The notes under the pieces are model-generated. The model was given only the letters and a program-made list of their open reading frames with translations. It did no database searches and was not told where the DNA came from. This document shows positions 12,701-23,950 of a stretch of DNA of 64,000 nucleotides, piece after piece. The position numbers and the translations under genes are program-made. The stretch is from Geosiphon pyriformis uo1. Lineage: Eukaryota > Fungi > Glomeromycota. Numbering within the stretch: position 1 is the stretch's first letter; every line of letters begins with the position of its first letter. Where the stretch lies: assembly GCA_016748015.1 (NCBI GenBank), contig JAAOMT010000529.1, positions 4,848 to 68,847 on the forward strand, written 5' to 3'.

Positions 12701-13958
12701 ATTTTTAATTTAATTAAAAAATTTGATGCTTTTGATTTTTGAATTTTCGTTGATAAAAGTGTCTTTCGAAATTCTTTCGTTTTAAAAGTTTTTTATAATT
12801 ATGTTTTAATTTTAAACAATTCAAATGTTTCAATTGTAAATAAGTCAGTAAAATCTATAATTAATTTATTTCAAAGATTCTTATTTTTTGAATTATAATT
12901 CAATAAAAAATTGTTTTGTTTACATAATTATTAAAATTTTTAAATTATTTGTTTAAAAATATATTAGACATTTTGAATAATTATATTTTAAGTTTTATTA
13001 TTTCAATAAATTTTGTTAAAGATTTATTATTTTCAAAAGTATATTTAAAATAATCAAAATTTGACAAATTTTAATCTACTTATATTTGCCTAAGAATTGA
13101 AATAGTAACAAGAAAAATTATCTAAAAAATTAGCAACAATCATATTTTTTTTGCATACTTAGTTCAATCAACAACTATTTTTTTACAGTAAAATTATTAT
13201 ATATTAGTTGAAAATTATGCTTAACTAGTCACAAAATATTAAATAATAAAATACTAAGTTAAATAACAAAATTTAAAATTATTTTATTACAATATTCATT
13301 TTTTGGTATGTAATTATACTGTTTTTATTTTATTAAGACTCACAAATTTAAATAAATTGATTTTATATATTAATAATTTTTAAAAAGTCAAATCATTTTC
13401 AAATTACCAAAAAATTAAATTATTTTAGAATTAAAACAATAAAAACTGTCCTGGAAATTTACTATATCTTTAAGTTTTTTTACTTGGTTTTGTATATTAA
13501 TTTATTTTTAAACAGCTTTACAATAATAATAATATGTTAAATAAGTAAAAAAAATAAAAAAATAAAAATAAATTTATAAATATCTTTTTAATGTTTTTTA
13601 TTATGTTTTAATTGAGTATAGTTTTATTAAATATTTTAATTGTTTTTATTTTTATAAGTTAAACTATAGACTTGGTTCAGACATTTTTTATATTTAGTTA
13701 ACTATTTAAACTTAGATCAATATGTATTTTTAATTTTTTAGACCAAATATATTTAAAGTTTTATGTGATTAAAATAGTTTGTAAATATCTGTTTATTATG
13801 AATAAAATTCATTTGGTTTCAATATTTATAATAAATTTGTTTAAATTAACATAAAAAATAATTAAATTTACTAAATAATTAATTTTAAAACTTAAATTTA
13901 AGTAAGCCAATTTTAGAATTATAATTAACATTAATAAAACCAATAAATAAAATAATAT

Positions 13959-14696
13959 TGTTACGGGTTGGAGTAATAAGCTAACGGATAGCAAGAGAGA
14001 ACAGTATTGTATGATGATGGAAATAAACAAAGAAAGAATTACAATAAGGGAGCGAATTGAATAAGTAGGAATTCAATGTATGTAATCAGTCTCATAAAAA
14101 TCACAGTCGCTAATCTTTTCTTAAATCTGAAGGTAGAGAAATAGTCCATGATTGTCAACAAGATATCACCGCTACTATTATTCTATGCCTCAACTCGGCG
14201 ATTCTTAGAATCAATAACAGGTATCGTTGTGCTTTTCAATTATTTCTTTATTCAATGAATTACAAGAGCAAGCCAATTGCTTCTCAGGCTAATTCTAACA
14301 AATACAAATCAAGAAGGGGAAAAGATAAGGTATGTGAATGCCAACAAGTAGATACTTGAAGATAAAGAAAGGGGAATAAGCGATTATGAGAGGAAGTAAT
14401 TAATATTGTTTATTTCATTACTTTGATCATGTCTTTCTACAGCTAAGGAAATCATTGCTTATATAGCTATCTAAAGTGGTCAATGACCAGATCAATGATC
14501 AGGTCAATGATCAGATCAATGATCAGGTCAATGATCAGGTCATTAATCAGGTCAATGATCAGATCAATGATTAGGTCAATGGTCAGATCATTAATTAGGT
14601 CAACAATCACTATCTAAAAATAGGGTGGCTAATTATATGACATCATTGGCTAATACATGTGATAATTAATAAAAATTATGTGTTTCAACCATAACA
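13959..14696 (-). repeat. G1 3' LTR (738 bp)
   Basis: TGTTACGGG...CCATAACA, aligns end to end with 21016-21729. Confidence 0.97.
14478..14609. repeat. 11 x 12-bp tandem array (GGTCAATGATCA) in the G1 3' LTR U3
   Basis: Units counted directly; adjacent to the minus-strand TATATAAG. Confidence 0.95.
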
Positions 14697-15322
14697 TCAT
14701 CCTTTCCAAAGAGATTGAGCTCTGGCAAAATCAAACTATTTATGGGATAGTCTATGTGAAGGGTTTTGTCTAACTCAAAACTAACTAGTTTGTTGAAGTC
14801 TTTTGTGAATAGAGTATATAGTACTTGAGGCGAAATAAGCTTTGTATACAAGAGACCAAATCTTTGTATTAGAGTTTTGGCTCTTCTAGCAATGGTCAAA
14901 ACTCTTGGGATATCTAAACATATAATGCCCAAAATTTCCACTTGTATCTCTGAAGTTGTTTTCTTCATGAGCTTCATGTCTTCTATGATTTCACTAAGAC
15001 AACCATAGAGTTCTAGTTGTCTTCCATATGACAAGTTTTTGTCTATGGGCAAGATTTCTTATATTGTTTTTCCAATTGTGCTGGAAGGTGAAAGTATTGC
15101 TGCTGTTATGCTTTCCAGCAGGTATTTATCCATTTTGCCACCAATTCTTTCTCTTCTGGTAGTTGTTTTCTTTGGTCTAATAACAGTGTGAGTTCCACTG
15201 TTGTCTGTTATAGTGGTTTGTTTTTCGATAGTTAAAGTAGCATTTGGATAGTTCTTGATCCAGTACTCATGGAGAATATAGAAAGCGTTTTGAATGTTTT
15301 GATTCAGGAAATAATTGTTCAT
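14666..15322 (-). pseudogene. G1 accessory ORF3 (about 218 codons, one internal TAA at 15061-15059), unknown function
   Basis: ORFs 15059-15418 and 14666-15052 share a frame. Likely ATG at 15322 (MNNYFLNQ). No signal peptide or TM segment. Located between integrase and the 3' LTR. Confidence 0.75.
14697..14707 (-). promoter_or_regulatory. G1 polypurine tract
   Basis: GGAAAGGATGA immediately precedes the 3' LTR on the minus strand. Confidence 0.7.
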
Positions 15323-15369
15323 GTCAATTGAAGATACCTCTGTTTTGGGAATGGTGCATTTATTTATAT

Positions 15370-16678
15370 CTAATTTTTGCTGATCATTTGGGTCAGTATT
15401 ACCATAACAGGTAACCAATCAGGTCATTTGTGATATTTCTTGAGTTGCGTGCTATGAACAGGGCAATCACTGAATATTGTTCCATATTGATCTTGTAAGA
15501 TATAAGAACCATTGTTCAAAACTTTGTTGACTATAAAGAGTCCTTTCCACTGGCTAGAGAATTTATCACCATAGACATTGTCTCTGTCTGAACGGTATTC
15601 CAAAACTAAGTCACCAACACTTAAGGAAAGTGTTTTATAGGTTTTTTTCTTTTTGAGCTTCTCTTGGACCTGTTTTATCTTTTCAAAAGCAATTATTCAT
15701 GCTTCTACTAATGAGTCAAGAATGGTACCAAGTCTTCTTTGCAAAATGTTCTTGTAATCTCCTATTGTTATTTCTTCAAAAGGTATTGTTTCTATATTTA
15801 TTTCTATTGGTAGAGTTGCCATTTGTCCATAGAGCAGATAAAAGGGTTCATAACTTGTTATGATTCACAGTTCTGTAAGCAAACAAGGCTGAAGGCAATA
15901 CTTTGTCCCATAGGTTGGTTTCTTCACTGGTTTTGGCTAGGGTTTTATATAGTGTTCTATTGAAACGTTCCACTAGGCCATTTGTTTGGGGGTGATAAAA
16001 GAAAGAGAGTTTATGATGTATTCCCATTTTTCTGCAAAGTTCTTCAACCAGTGTACTGAGAAAAGCTCTTCTTCTATCAGATAAAAGTTCTTTGGAGCAG
16101 CCATGGCAACAGATAATATCTTCATAAATAAAATTGGCAATTAAGACTGCTGTTTGATCTGGGATGGCTTTTGCTTCTACCTACTTTGTAAGATAGTCAG
16201 TAACTGTGATAATGTATCTGTTGCCATCAGAAGTTACTGTTAAAAGTCCAACAACATCTATACCAATTCTATCAAATGGTTGACCAACAGAGATTGGATG
16301 GATATCTTTCTTGCAATTGGGTTTTCCTCTTCTTTGGCAGGTATCACAGGTTTTGATGTATTCAGCAATGTCTTTTCTCAAGGTAGGCCAATAATAGCGA
16401 GCTAAAGTTTTCTGAATTGTTTTTGTTTTTTCAAAGTGTCCAGCTAATGAATCAGTGTGCATATTGTAGATTACAATTTCTCTTTCTTCAAATTTAATGA
16501 CTCTCTGGGGGCGGTCAGAATCTTTTCTATTTTTTTTATATAACTGGTTCTGACGAATCAAATAGAAATTTGATTGTTTGCACAAATGTTCTCTTTGCTG
16601 TCGAGTATAGTCCGGCGGGTATTGTCCTTTACCCAAAAATTTCATTAAAGCAGAGTAGTTGTCCAAGTCCATTATCAT
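15370..16678 (-). pseudogene. G1 integrase
   Basis: HHCC finger (MHTDSLAGH...CDTCQ), GIDVVG, ELLSD, TNGLVERFN and a GPY/F-like WKGLFIVNKV..NGSYIL. Stops and frameshifts present. Confidence 0.93.
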
Positions 16679-16744
16679 GTTTGTTTGTGGGGGAGTTACA
16701 AATAATTAAGTTGATTTGGTTTGAGAGGGTTTTACTATCACTGG

Positions 16745-18100
16745 ATGGTAAGTCTGGAGAGAGCGTCAGCATTTTGATAATTAGCTCCTTTGTGGTGTTG
16801 AATGTCATAGTCAAATTTGTCCAAGTGGAGTATTCAGCGAGTTATCTATTTATGTTCCAGGTTTTTTTTGTTGCATAGTCAAACCAAAGCTTGGTGATCT
16901 GTTACCACCAAAAATTTCACACCCTTAAAATATTTGTCCCAGTAGCTGGTAGCCCAAACTACTGCTAAGCATTCTTGCTCAGTGACTGAGTAGTTTTTTT
17001 CTGCTGGTGTGAGAGTTCTACTGGCATATACTATGGCATGTTCCCTGCCATCTTCGTCTTTCTGGGAAAAAACAACACCAAGTCCATAGCCAGATACATC
17101 AGTGTAGAGAAAAAAAGGTCGATCCAAATTAGGTTGCATAAGGATGGGTTCTGTAACCAGTTTTTCCTTCAGAATTTTAAATGCTTTTTGTTGATGAGTG
17201 CCCCAGTGATAATTGATGTTTTTCCTAAGTAGCTGATTGAGAAGAGCAGTGATTTTGGAGAAATCCTTAACAAACTTGTGATAATAAGAGGCCAAACCAA
17301 GAAAAGAGCATAGTTCATGAACATTCATTGGTTGTCTAATGTTTTGAACTTTTTCAATTTTGGCTGAATCAGGGAAGATTCCATCTTTTGTAATAAGATG
17401 GCCAAGAAACTGGGTGGATTGATGTCCAAAAAATGATTTGATTGGATTGATCTTGAGACCAACATTTCTAAGGAGGTCAAAAACCTTTTGCAAATGTTCA
17501 AGGTATTCATTCCAGGTTTTTGAGTACACCATTATGTTGTCCAAGTAGACTAGAACAAAGTTTTCTTTTACTGATTCAAATATCTTGTCCATTAAGCATT
17601 GAAATGTGAGAGGAGCATTTGTGAGACCAAAAGGCATGACTGTGAATTTGTAGGTACCATACTTGGTGATGAAGGCAGTTTTCTTTCTGCTTTCTGGATC
17701 CATTTCTATTTGCCAGAATCCAGCAATTAAGTCAATGGTTGAGAAGAAAGCAGCACCATAGAATTGGTCTAACATTGCATTAATCTTGGGAAGTGGGTAT
17801 ATGTCTCTTTCAGTAATGGCATTTAATTGGTGATAGTCAACACAAAAGCATTAAGTTCCTCCTTTCTTGGATACCACTACAACTGGGAATGCCCATTCAC
17901 TCTTGGTTTCCTGTATGAATCCAAGGGTTTTTATTCGGGTTATTTCCTTTTTGATAAACTCATCATTGCACTGGTTAGATTGATAGAGCTTCAAATAGAT
18001 GGGGCAAGTTTCTCTGGTCATGATGGTGTGTTGTATCACATGTGTACGTCCAGGAGGTTCACTTTCTTTTGAAATAACTGGGCTGTTTCTAGCCAGCAGG
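16745..18100 (-). pseudogene. G1 reverse transcriptase and RNase H
   Basis: SEWAFPVVVVSKK, FSTIDLIAGFWQI, KTAF, VMPFGLTNAP, YLDN (YLDD mutated), YTDVSGYGLG, EQECLAVVWA, TDHQAL, NADALSR. Confidence 0.96.
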
Positions 18101-18597
18101 TTTTCAATGTCTACTTTTCTTTCTTCTGGAGAGGGTTCTCTTTGTTCTACAACCAGTGATTGGATTTCAGGTGGTTCGTTTTCAAAGGACTTTTGGACTT
18201 CTTTTATTTCCTCTTGGGGTATCAAGCTGATTGGTTCCCAATTTTTGTAATAGATCAGGCAGGACATGCATTCATTACTAGGAGAATACAATGGTTTGTC
18301 GCACCAGCACCAGGCACAAGGACCATGCCACCAATAACTGTATTTGGCTTTCTTGCCTGGCTTTCTGTCAAAGATTCTTCTGAGCATGTCATAATAAGAC
18401 CAGCAGATCAGCTTGCCATTGACAATGATTCCTTCTTTATCTGCCTTGACATTATCCAGTAGTTTGCCATTGCTAGTGAAGATGGTATAGGCGAGTTTAG
18501 CAGTTTCTTCTTGTTCTTCTTCTTCCTCACTTTCTTCATCATCTGATTCATCTGATTCATTTTCTTCTGGGCTCTGCTTGGGTACTGGGGGAGTTGT

Positions 18598-19119
18598 TCA
18601 ATGGCAATACTTAACCCCAATGAATTTCTCACCACATCTAATGGTTAGTTCACAGAGTTCATAATCAAGCAAAGCCTTTGCTTTCTTGAGCCATTTATTG
18701 CCAACAATGATGGTGTATTCTTTTGCTTTAGACACTTCCATATTAGTTTCAATGCTGATGCCATTGATGTGGACAGGAATAGCTTTGGCTATGCCAAGCC
18801 CTTTTTTCTTATCACCATGCACATTGGTCATTGGTCGTGTAGATGGTTCATCAATTTTTCTGCCAATTGCTTCAAGAAAGTGTTTGGCAATAACACTAAC
18901 AGATAATCCACTGTCTAGGATCAAATCAATAAAGTAGCCAGCTACTTGGGCTTTACAAATTAGAGGAGTGACATTGCTATTGTCAGCAAGTCCAGCTTGG
19001 CAAGGGCGTTTGTTGGTTTTGGGTGTCTTTTTCTTTGGAATCAGGGATTTGTGAAGATCTTTTCTGAATTGTGGATGGGTCATCAATTGGCCAAAGATTA
19101 TATGTGCTGGGGTTTCCAT
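18598..19119 (-). pseudogene. G1 aspartic protease
   Basis: LILDSGLSVSVI and IIVGNKWL retropepsin motifs. Confidence 0.9.
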
Positions 19120-19412
19120 AAGGTCTTTGACAACAGAATAGGGACCGGATTTTTGTACTATTTCTGGGGGTTTTAACTTTGGAGAATTCTTGAAAACTTT
19201 GGCTTTTGGGGGCTCATTGTTGTCAGCAGTTGATGTAGAAGCTTTATTGGGGTCTAGAACGAAATCAACTTTGGCTTTCTTCTTCTTTTTTGTGGATTCA
19301 GAGGGGTTGATTGCTAATTCATCTATGTCATAGTCATCATCAGTTAAGTTAAAAGCGTAAAAGGGGTTTTCTTCTGGTTGGCTTGCACTCTCACTCTTTG
19401 GAGGTGCACCTA

Positions 19413-20620
19413 CTAGTTTAAAGGCTGATAAACAGTGGCTTCAACTAGGGGATCCTCTCCAAAGAAATTGATGTTGGCATGATTGGGTCTTTGGTTGGGC
19501 ACATTGTTGTTGTTGATTCTGTTGTTCTGAGCATCATTGTTTCTGGGGACTGGTGGAGACAGTGGAGGATTGTTGCAATCTCTTGAAAAGTGTCCAGTTA
19601 ATCCACAGTGATAGCATACAGGTGGGCCATGATTTTGTTGTCTTTGATAAGGTGGTTGCTGGGACTGATTGAAGTGTGGTTCAAATCTGGATCTTTGTGG
19701 TTGCTGATTTTCTCTGACTGCTTGGGCTAAGGGCTCTAATAACCGAGCAAGATTTGCTGTGAGTCTGTCTATTAACTGTTCATTTAGATCTTGAGTGTGA
19801 GTGGCAAAAGAAGTAGCAGCCATTTGAGGGGCAGGAGCCATGACAGGAACAGGAGCAAAAACTGGTAGTGTGGATCCCAAGTGCATCCTTTGGTTGTCTT
19901 CAATTCTTTGTGCTAATTCAATGGCCATATCCATGGTGGGATTATCTTTCAGGGCCAGAAGGGGCCAAAGAGCATACGATAGATCAGTTCTCAATCCTTT
20001 TGTGAAGGAGTGAATTTTTTGCTCTTCTGTCTAATTTCTTCCAGTGTCTACTTATTTGATTAACTTTCTGATTGCTTTGGCATATTCGGTTACAACTTCA
20101 CTGGGACCTTGGGTTCTTCTTTCCAATTCTATACGCCATTTTAATATTAATATTGGGGTTCTGAACTTGTTTTCAAACCGGGTAGTGAAAGAAGTGTTGA
20201 TTTCTCTCACATTTGCTGGTGTCCATCTAACAATTCTTTGCTGGGCATTGGCATCTGTTTTTTGTAAGAACCAGGTAGCAGGGGATCCTTGAAGGTAGCC
20301 ACTGATAATTTGGAACTTGTATTCATCATCATATTGATTGGCTGTAGCGGCTCTTTCAAAGTCATCCAACCATTCAATTGAATCTTGTGCATCACCTCTA
20401 AATAATGATATTGAGGTGTTGTTTCTTTGCCCTAGAGCAGTTTGTATACCTTGAAGGGCGGCCAGAATGTTTGCTTGCATGGGGTCATTAGCCATTGGTT
20501 CAGGGGTAACTGTTTGTGTAGACGAGTCTGATTTACTTGATAAAAGATCAAAAACAGGGGCAGTTTGGTAGCTTTCTTCTTCTGTTTTAAAGGGAGTTTC
20601 AGTTGCTTGATGAGCAGCAA
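19413..20620 (-). pseudogene. G1 gag (capsid and CCHC zinc knuckle)
   Basis: FRGDAQDSIEWLDDFERAA, RTQGPSEVVTEY (QGxxExVxEY major homology region) and CYHCGLTGHFSRDC. Internal stop near 20050. The true start may lie further upstream. Confidence 0.9.
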
Positions 20621-20992
20621 TCCAAATGTGGATTTGATGATTCAGATATTCGAAATCAGGGGGCTGTTGTTCAAAGGTTGCAGAATATAAGAGCTGATTG
20701 ATACTGTTGTTTCTTTCTTCAAAGTCATTTTCAAAATAAGCTTGGTCAAAGTAATAGGTTGTATAAGCTGTGTAGGTTTCAACTGAATGCTCGTTCAGGA
20801 ACCAGTTCCAAAAGTCTTAAAATTGTCTACTGGATTGTTTTTCAAAGGGGAAGCAGATCAAGCAGGAGAACAGAGAATTAAGTTCAATGAAACTTTGGTC
20901 ATTTCTGTTGTGTGCTGCAAAGTGTTTTTCTGATTGCTATGGCAGATATGAGTAATCACCCATACAATGAGAGAATAAGTGAATTTTGACAA

Positions 20993-21009
20993 CCTCACAG
21001 GGAGCACCA
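20993..21009 (-). promoter_or_regulatory. G1 primer-binding site, probably tRNA-Ile(UAU)
   Basis: TGGTGCTCCCTGTGAGG, 6 nt after the 5' LTR. Its complement CCTCACAGGGAGCACCA resembles the eukaryotic tRNA-Ile(UAU) 3' end (CCTCACCTGGAGCA-CCA, from memory). Confidence 0.75.
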
Positions 21010-21015
21010 CTTTTA

Positions 21016-21729
21016 TGTCATGGGTTGGAGTAACAAGCTAACGGATAGCAAGGAAGAACAGTATTGTATGATGATGGAAATAAACAAAGAAGAAATTACA
21101 ATAAGGGAACGAATTGAATAAGTAGAAATTCAATGTGCATGATCAGTCTCATAAAAATCACAGTCACTAATCTTTTCTTAAATCTAAAGGTAGAGGAATA
21201 GTCTGTAATTGTCAACAAGATAATACCGCTGCTATTATTCTATGTCTCAACTCGGCAATTCTTAGAATCAATAACAGGTATTGTTGTGCTTTTCAATTGT
21301 TTCTTTATTCAATGAATTACAAGAGCAAGCCAATTGTTTCTCAGGCTAATTTTAACAAATACAAATCAAGAAGGGGAAAAGATAAGGTATGTGAATGCCA
21401 ACAAGTAGATACTTGAAGGTAAGGAAAGGGGAATAAGCGATTATGAGAGGAAGTAATTGATATTGTTTATTTCATTACTTTGATCATGTCTTTCTACAGC
21501 TAAGGGAATCATCACTTATATAGCTATTTAAAGTAGTCAATGACCAGGTCAACGATCAGGTCAATGATCAGGTCATTGATCAGGTCAATGATCAGGTCAA
21601 TGATCAAGTCAACGGTCAGGTCATTGATCAGGTCAATGATTACTATCTAAAAATAGAGTGGCTAATTATATGACATCATTGGCTAATACATGTGATAATT
21701 AATAAAAATTATGTGTTTCAACCATAACA
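21016..21729 (-). repeat. G1 5' LTR (714 bp) with a 9 x 12-bp array at 21535-21642
   Basis: TGTCATGGG...CCATAACA. The 24-bp length difference from the 3' LTR equals two array units. Confidence 0.97.
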
Positions 21730-21730
21730 A

Positions 21731-22100
21731 TATTATATTGAATAGGTTAATTATTTAGTTTTTAATTATATTAATTATTTATTATATTTAATTGTATATA
21801 TTAATTACTAATATTAGTCATCTTATTTTTAAAATAAGTTATTAATATTATTATTTACTTAATTAATAACTTAATTATTAATTTGGTTATTGATTTGTTT
21901 ATTAATCTAATATTTAACTAAATTATTGATTTTTTTTTAAAATATATAAGCAAAATTTTTTAAAGCTAGAGAAATTTATTTTAAATTTTTTTAATTACAA
22001 GATTAATACAAACATTTTAATTTACATAGACTTTAATTTTTATTTCTTTTTTTATTTGTATATTACTAGTTTTTGTCATAAATATTTATTAAAAATACAA
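21731..22100 (+). mobile_element. Eroded LTR relic related to G1, in opposite orientation
   Basis: TATATATTAATTACTAATATTAGTCATCTTATTTT followed by decayed 12-bp periodicity (TTAATTAATAAC TTAATTATTAAT TTGGTTATTGAT). Confidence 0.5.
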
Positions 22101-23244
22101 ATAATATCTGTTATTAAATTATAAAAATACTAATATAAAAAATATTATTATAACTATTGTATTATTTAAATTGCTTTTGTTAATATATTTGTAGCTTTTT
22201 ATAACTACATAATAACTTTTAATAATAAAAATATTTTTAAATTTGGCAGTAAATATGAAATTATTTTTGTAAAATTTAAAACTGTTTAAAAAATATTTCT
22301 CAAAAAATGTTTTTATATAATTTTAATATTTAAACAATTAAATAACTATTAAAATTGTGAAAAGTAATATTAAAGCTTTTAATTTTTGGACAAATATATA
22401 TTTACAAATTTTTTTATTGAATTTGAAAATTTGTTGAATAATAATAGCTTTTGAGCAAAAGTGTGCTTTATAAAAAGTAAAATTTAATAGTTTTTGGTAG
22501 TATTATATATTTGAATAACAAACTAATAAATAATAGATAAAACAACTATTAAGAGTAATAAAAATAAACAAAAAAAATTTAATCAAAGAAGTAAAATAAA
22601 TTTTTAAAAAATTTAATACATATAATTAGTTTTCAAATTACAGTTGTTTATTTTTTTCTTAAAAATTTAAAGATAAAAAATAGTCTAAAATTGTTAACAA
22701 TATAATATTGCTGTTATTATTTTATGTCTTTTTTCAATAATTTTTAATATTAATAATAAATATTATTGTATTTTTTAATCATCTTTATATTTAATAAATT
22801 ATAAGTACAAGCAAATAGCTTTTTAAACAAATTTTAACAACACAAATTAAAAAAAAAAGAAAAAAAGAAAAATAAGCAATAGAATACAATAAAATTTAGT
22901 AAATAATTACTTTTTTTATTAGTTTGATTTTGTTTTAATTATTTTTTTATTACTTAATTTTTTTATAGCTAAAAAATTTATTGTTTATATAATTGTTAAA
23001 AAGAATAAATAATCAGTTTAATAATTTTATCTAAAAAAATAACTAATTATATGGTATTAAGTAATTAATGTATGTAATATTAATAAAAACTATAAATTTC
23101 AGCCATAATATTATTCTTTTCAAAAAAATAAGCTTTTATAAAACCAAATTATTTAATAGTGTTTTATAATTTAAAATTAACTAATTTGTTAAAGTTTTTT
23201 ATTAACAAAATATTTAAAAGCTAAAATAAAATAAGTTTTAAATT

Positions 23245-23950
23245 TAAGAGACCAAATCTTTATATAAGAGTTGTGGCTTTTTTGGCAATAGTTCAAATTC
23301 TTAGAATATTTAATTATATAATGCTTAGAATTTTTGCTTGTATTTCTAATTTTGTCTTTAGAAGTTTTATGTTTTTTACAATTTCACTTAAGTATTTATA
23401 AAAATTTACTGTTAATATATAAAAAATTTTTTAAGTGTTCTTTCAAAAATATTAAAAAATTAGTAATAATTTTGCTTTTATGTATTTAAGCATATATTAA
23501 TTGATTTTATTGCCAGTTTTTTCTGTTTTAGAAATAACATATTTATTTATATGTAACTTTTATTAATAATTAAAGTTGGTATTATCATAATAAACAATTA
23601 ATTAAGTTATTTGTAATATTTTTCAAGTCTTGTATTATGCACAGATTGATTATTAAAGATTGTTTTATATTAATCTTGCAAAATATATAATTTATTATTT
23701 AATACTTTGTTTATAATAAAAAGCTCTTTTTAATAATTAAAAAACTGGTTACTATAAACATTGTTTTTGTCTCAATAATATTTTTAAATTAGATTATCAA
23801 AGTGTTTTGTGAGTTTTTTATTTCTTGAATTTTCTTGAAAATGTTTTATTTTCTTAAAAGCAATTATTTTTGCTTGCATTAACAAGTTAAGAATAGTATT
23901 CAGGTTTTTTGGTAAGATATTTTTCTATAGTTTTTCTGTAATATTTTTAA
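23245..23950 (-). mobile_element. Eroded G1-related relic carrying the integrase 3' end and ORF3
   Basis: 23246-23395 aligns with 14850-15000 (AAGAGACCAAATCTTT..AGAGTT.TGGCT.TT.T.GCAAT.GT). 23590-23900 aligns with 15400-15740. Confidence 0.75.

Larger units (their letters stand above)
13959..21729 (-). mobile_element. Full-length Ty3/Gypsy LTR retrotransposon G1, inactivated
   Basis: Two TG...CA LTRs, 4-bp TSD ATAT (13955-13958 and 21730-21733), PBS, PPT, order gag-PR-RT-RH-IN, many nonsense mutations. Confidence 0.97.

Noticed and set aside
11129-13900. Short hydrophobic or Lys/Ile/Asn-rich ORFs (also 431, 24445, 30691, 35532, 47034, 63638)
   Set aside because: Expected by chance in extremely AT-rich eroded DNA; no motifs or codon signal.
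14478-14609. CRISPR-like appearance of the 12-bp and 20-bp arrays
   Set aside because: No unique spacers, no cas genes, eukaryotic context; they are LTR-internal tandem repeats.
14666-15418. ORF3 as an env gene
   Set aside because: No signal peptide, TM anchor or fusion-peptide-like segment, and too short.
16570-20292. Numerous short plus-strand ORFs within G1
   Set aside because: Antisense to clear gag/pol domains, with no independent motifs.
20993-21009. tRNA gene
   Set aside because: Only 17 nt matching a tRNA 3' end including CCA; this is a PBS. No tRNA or rRNA genes were recognised in the window.
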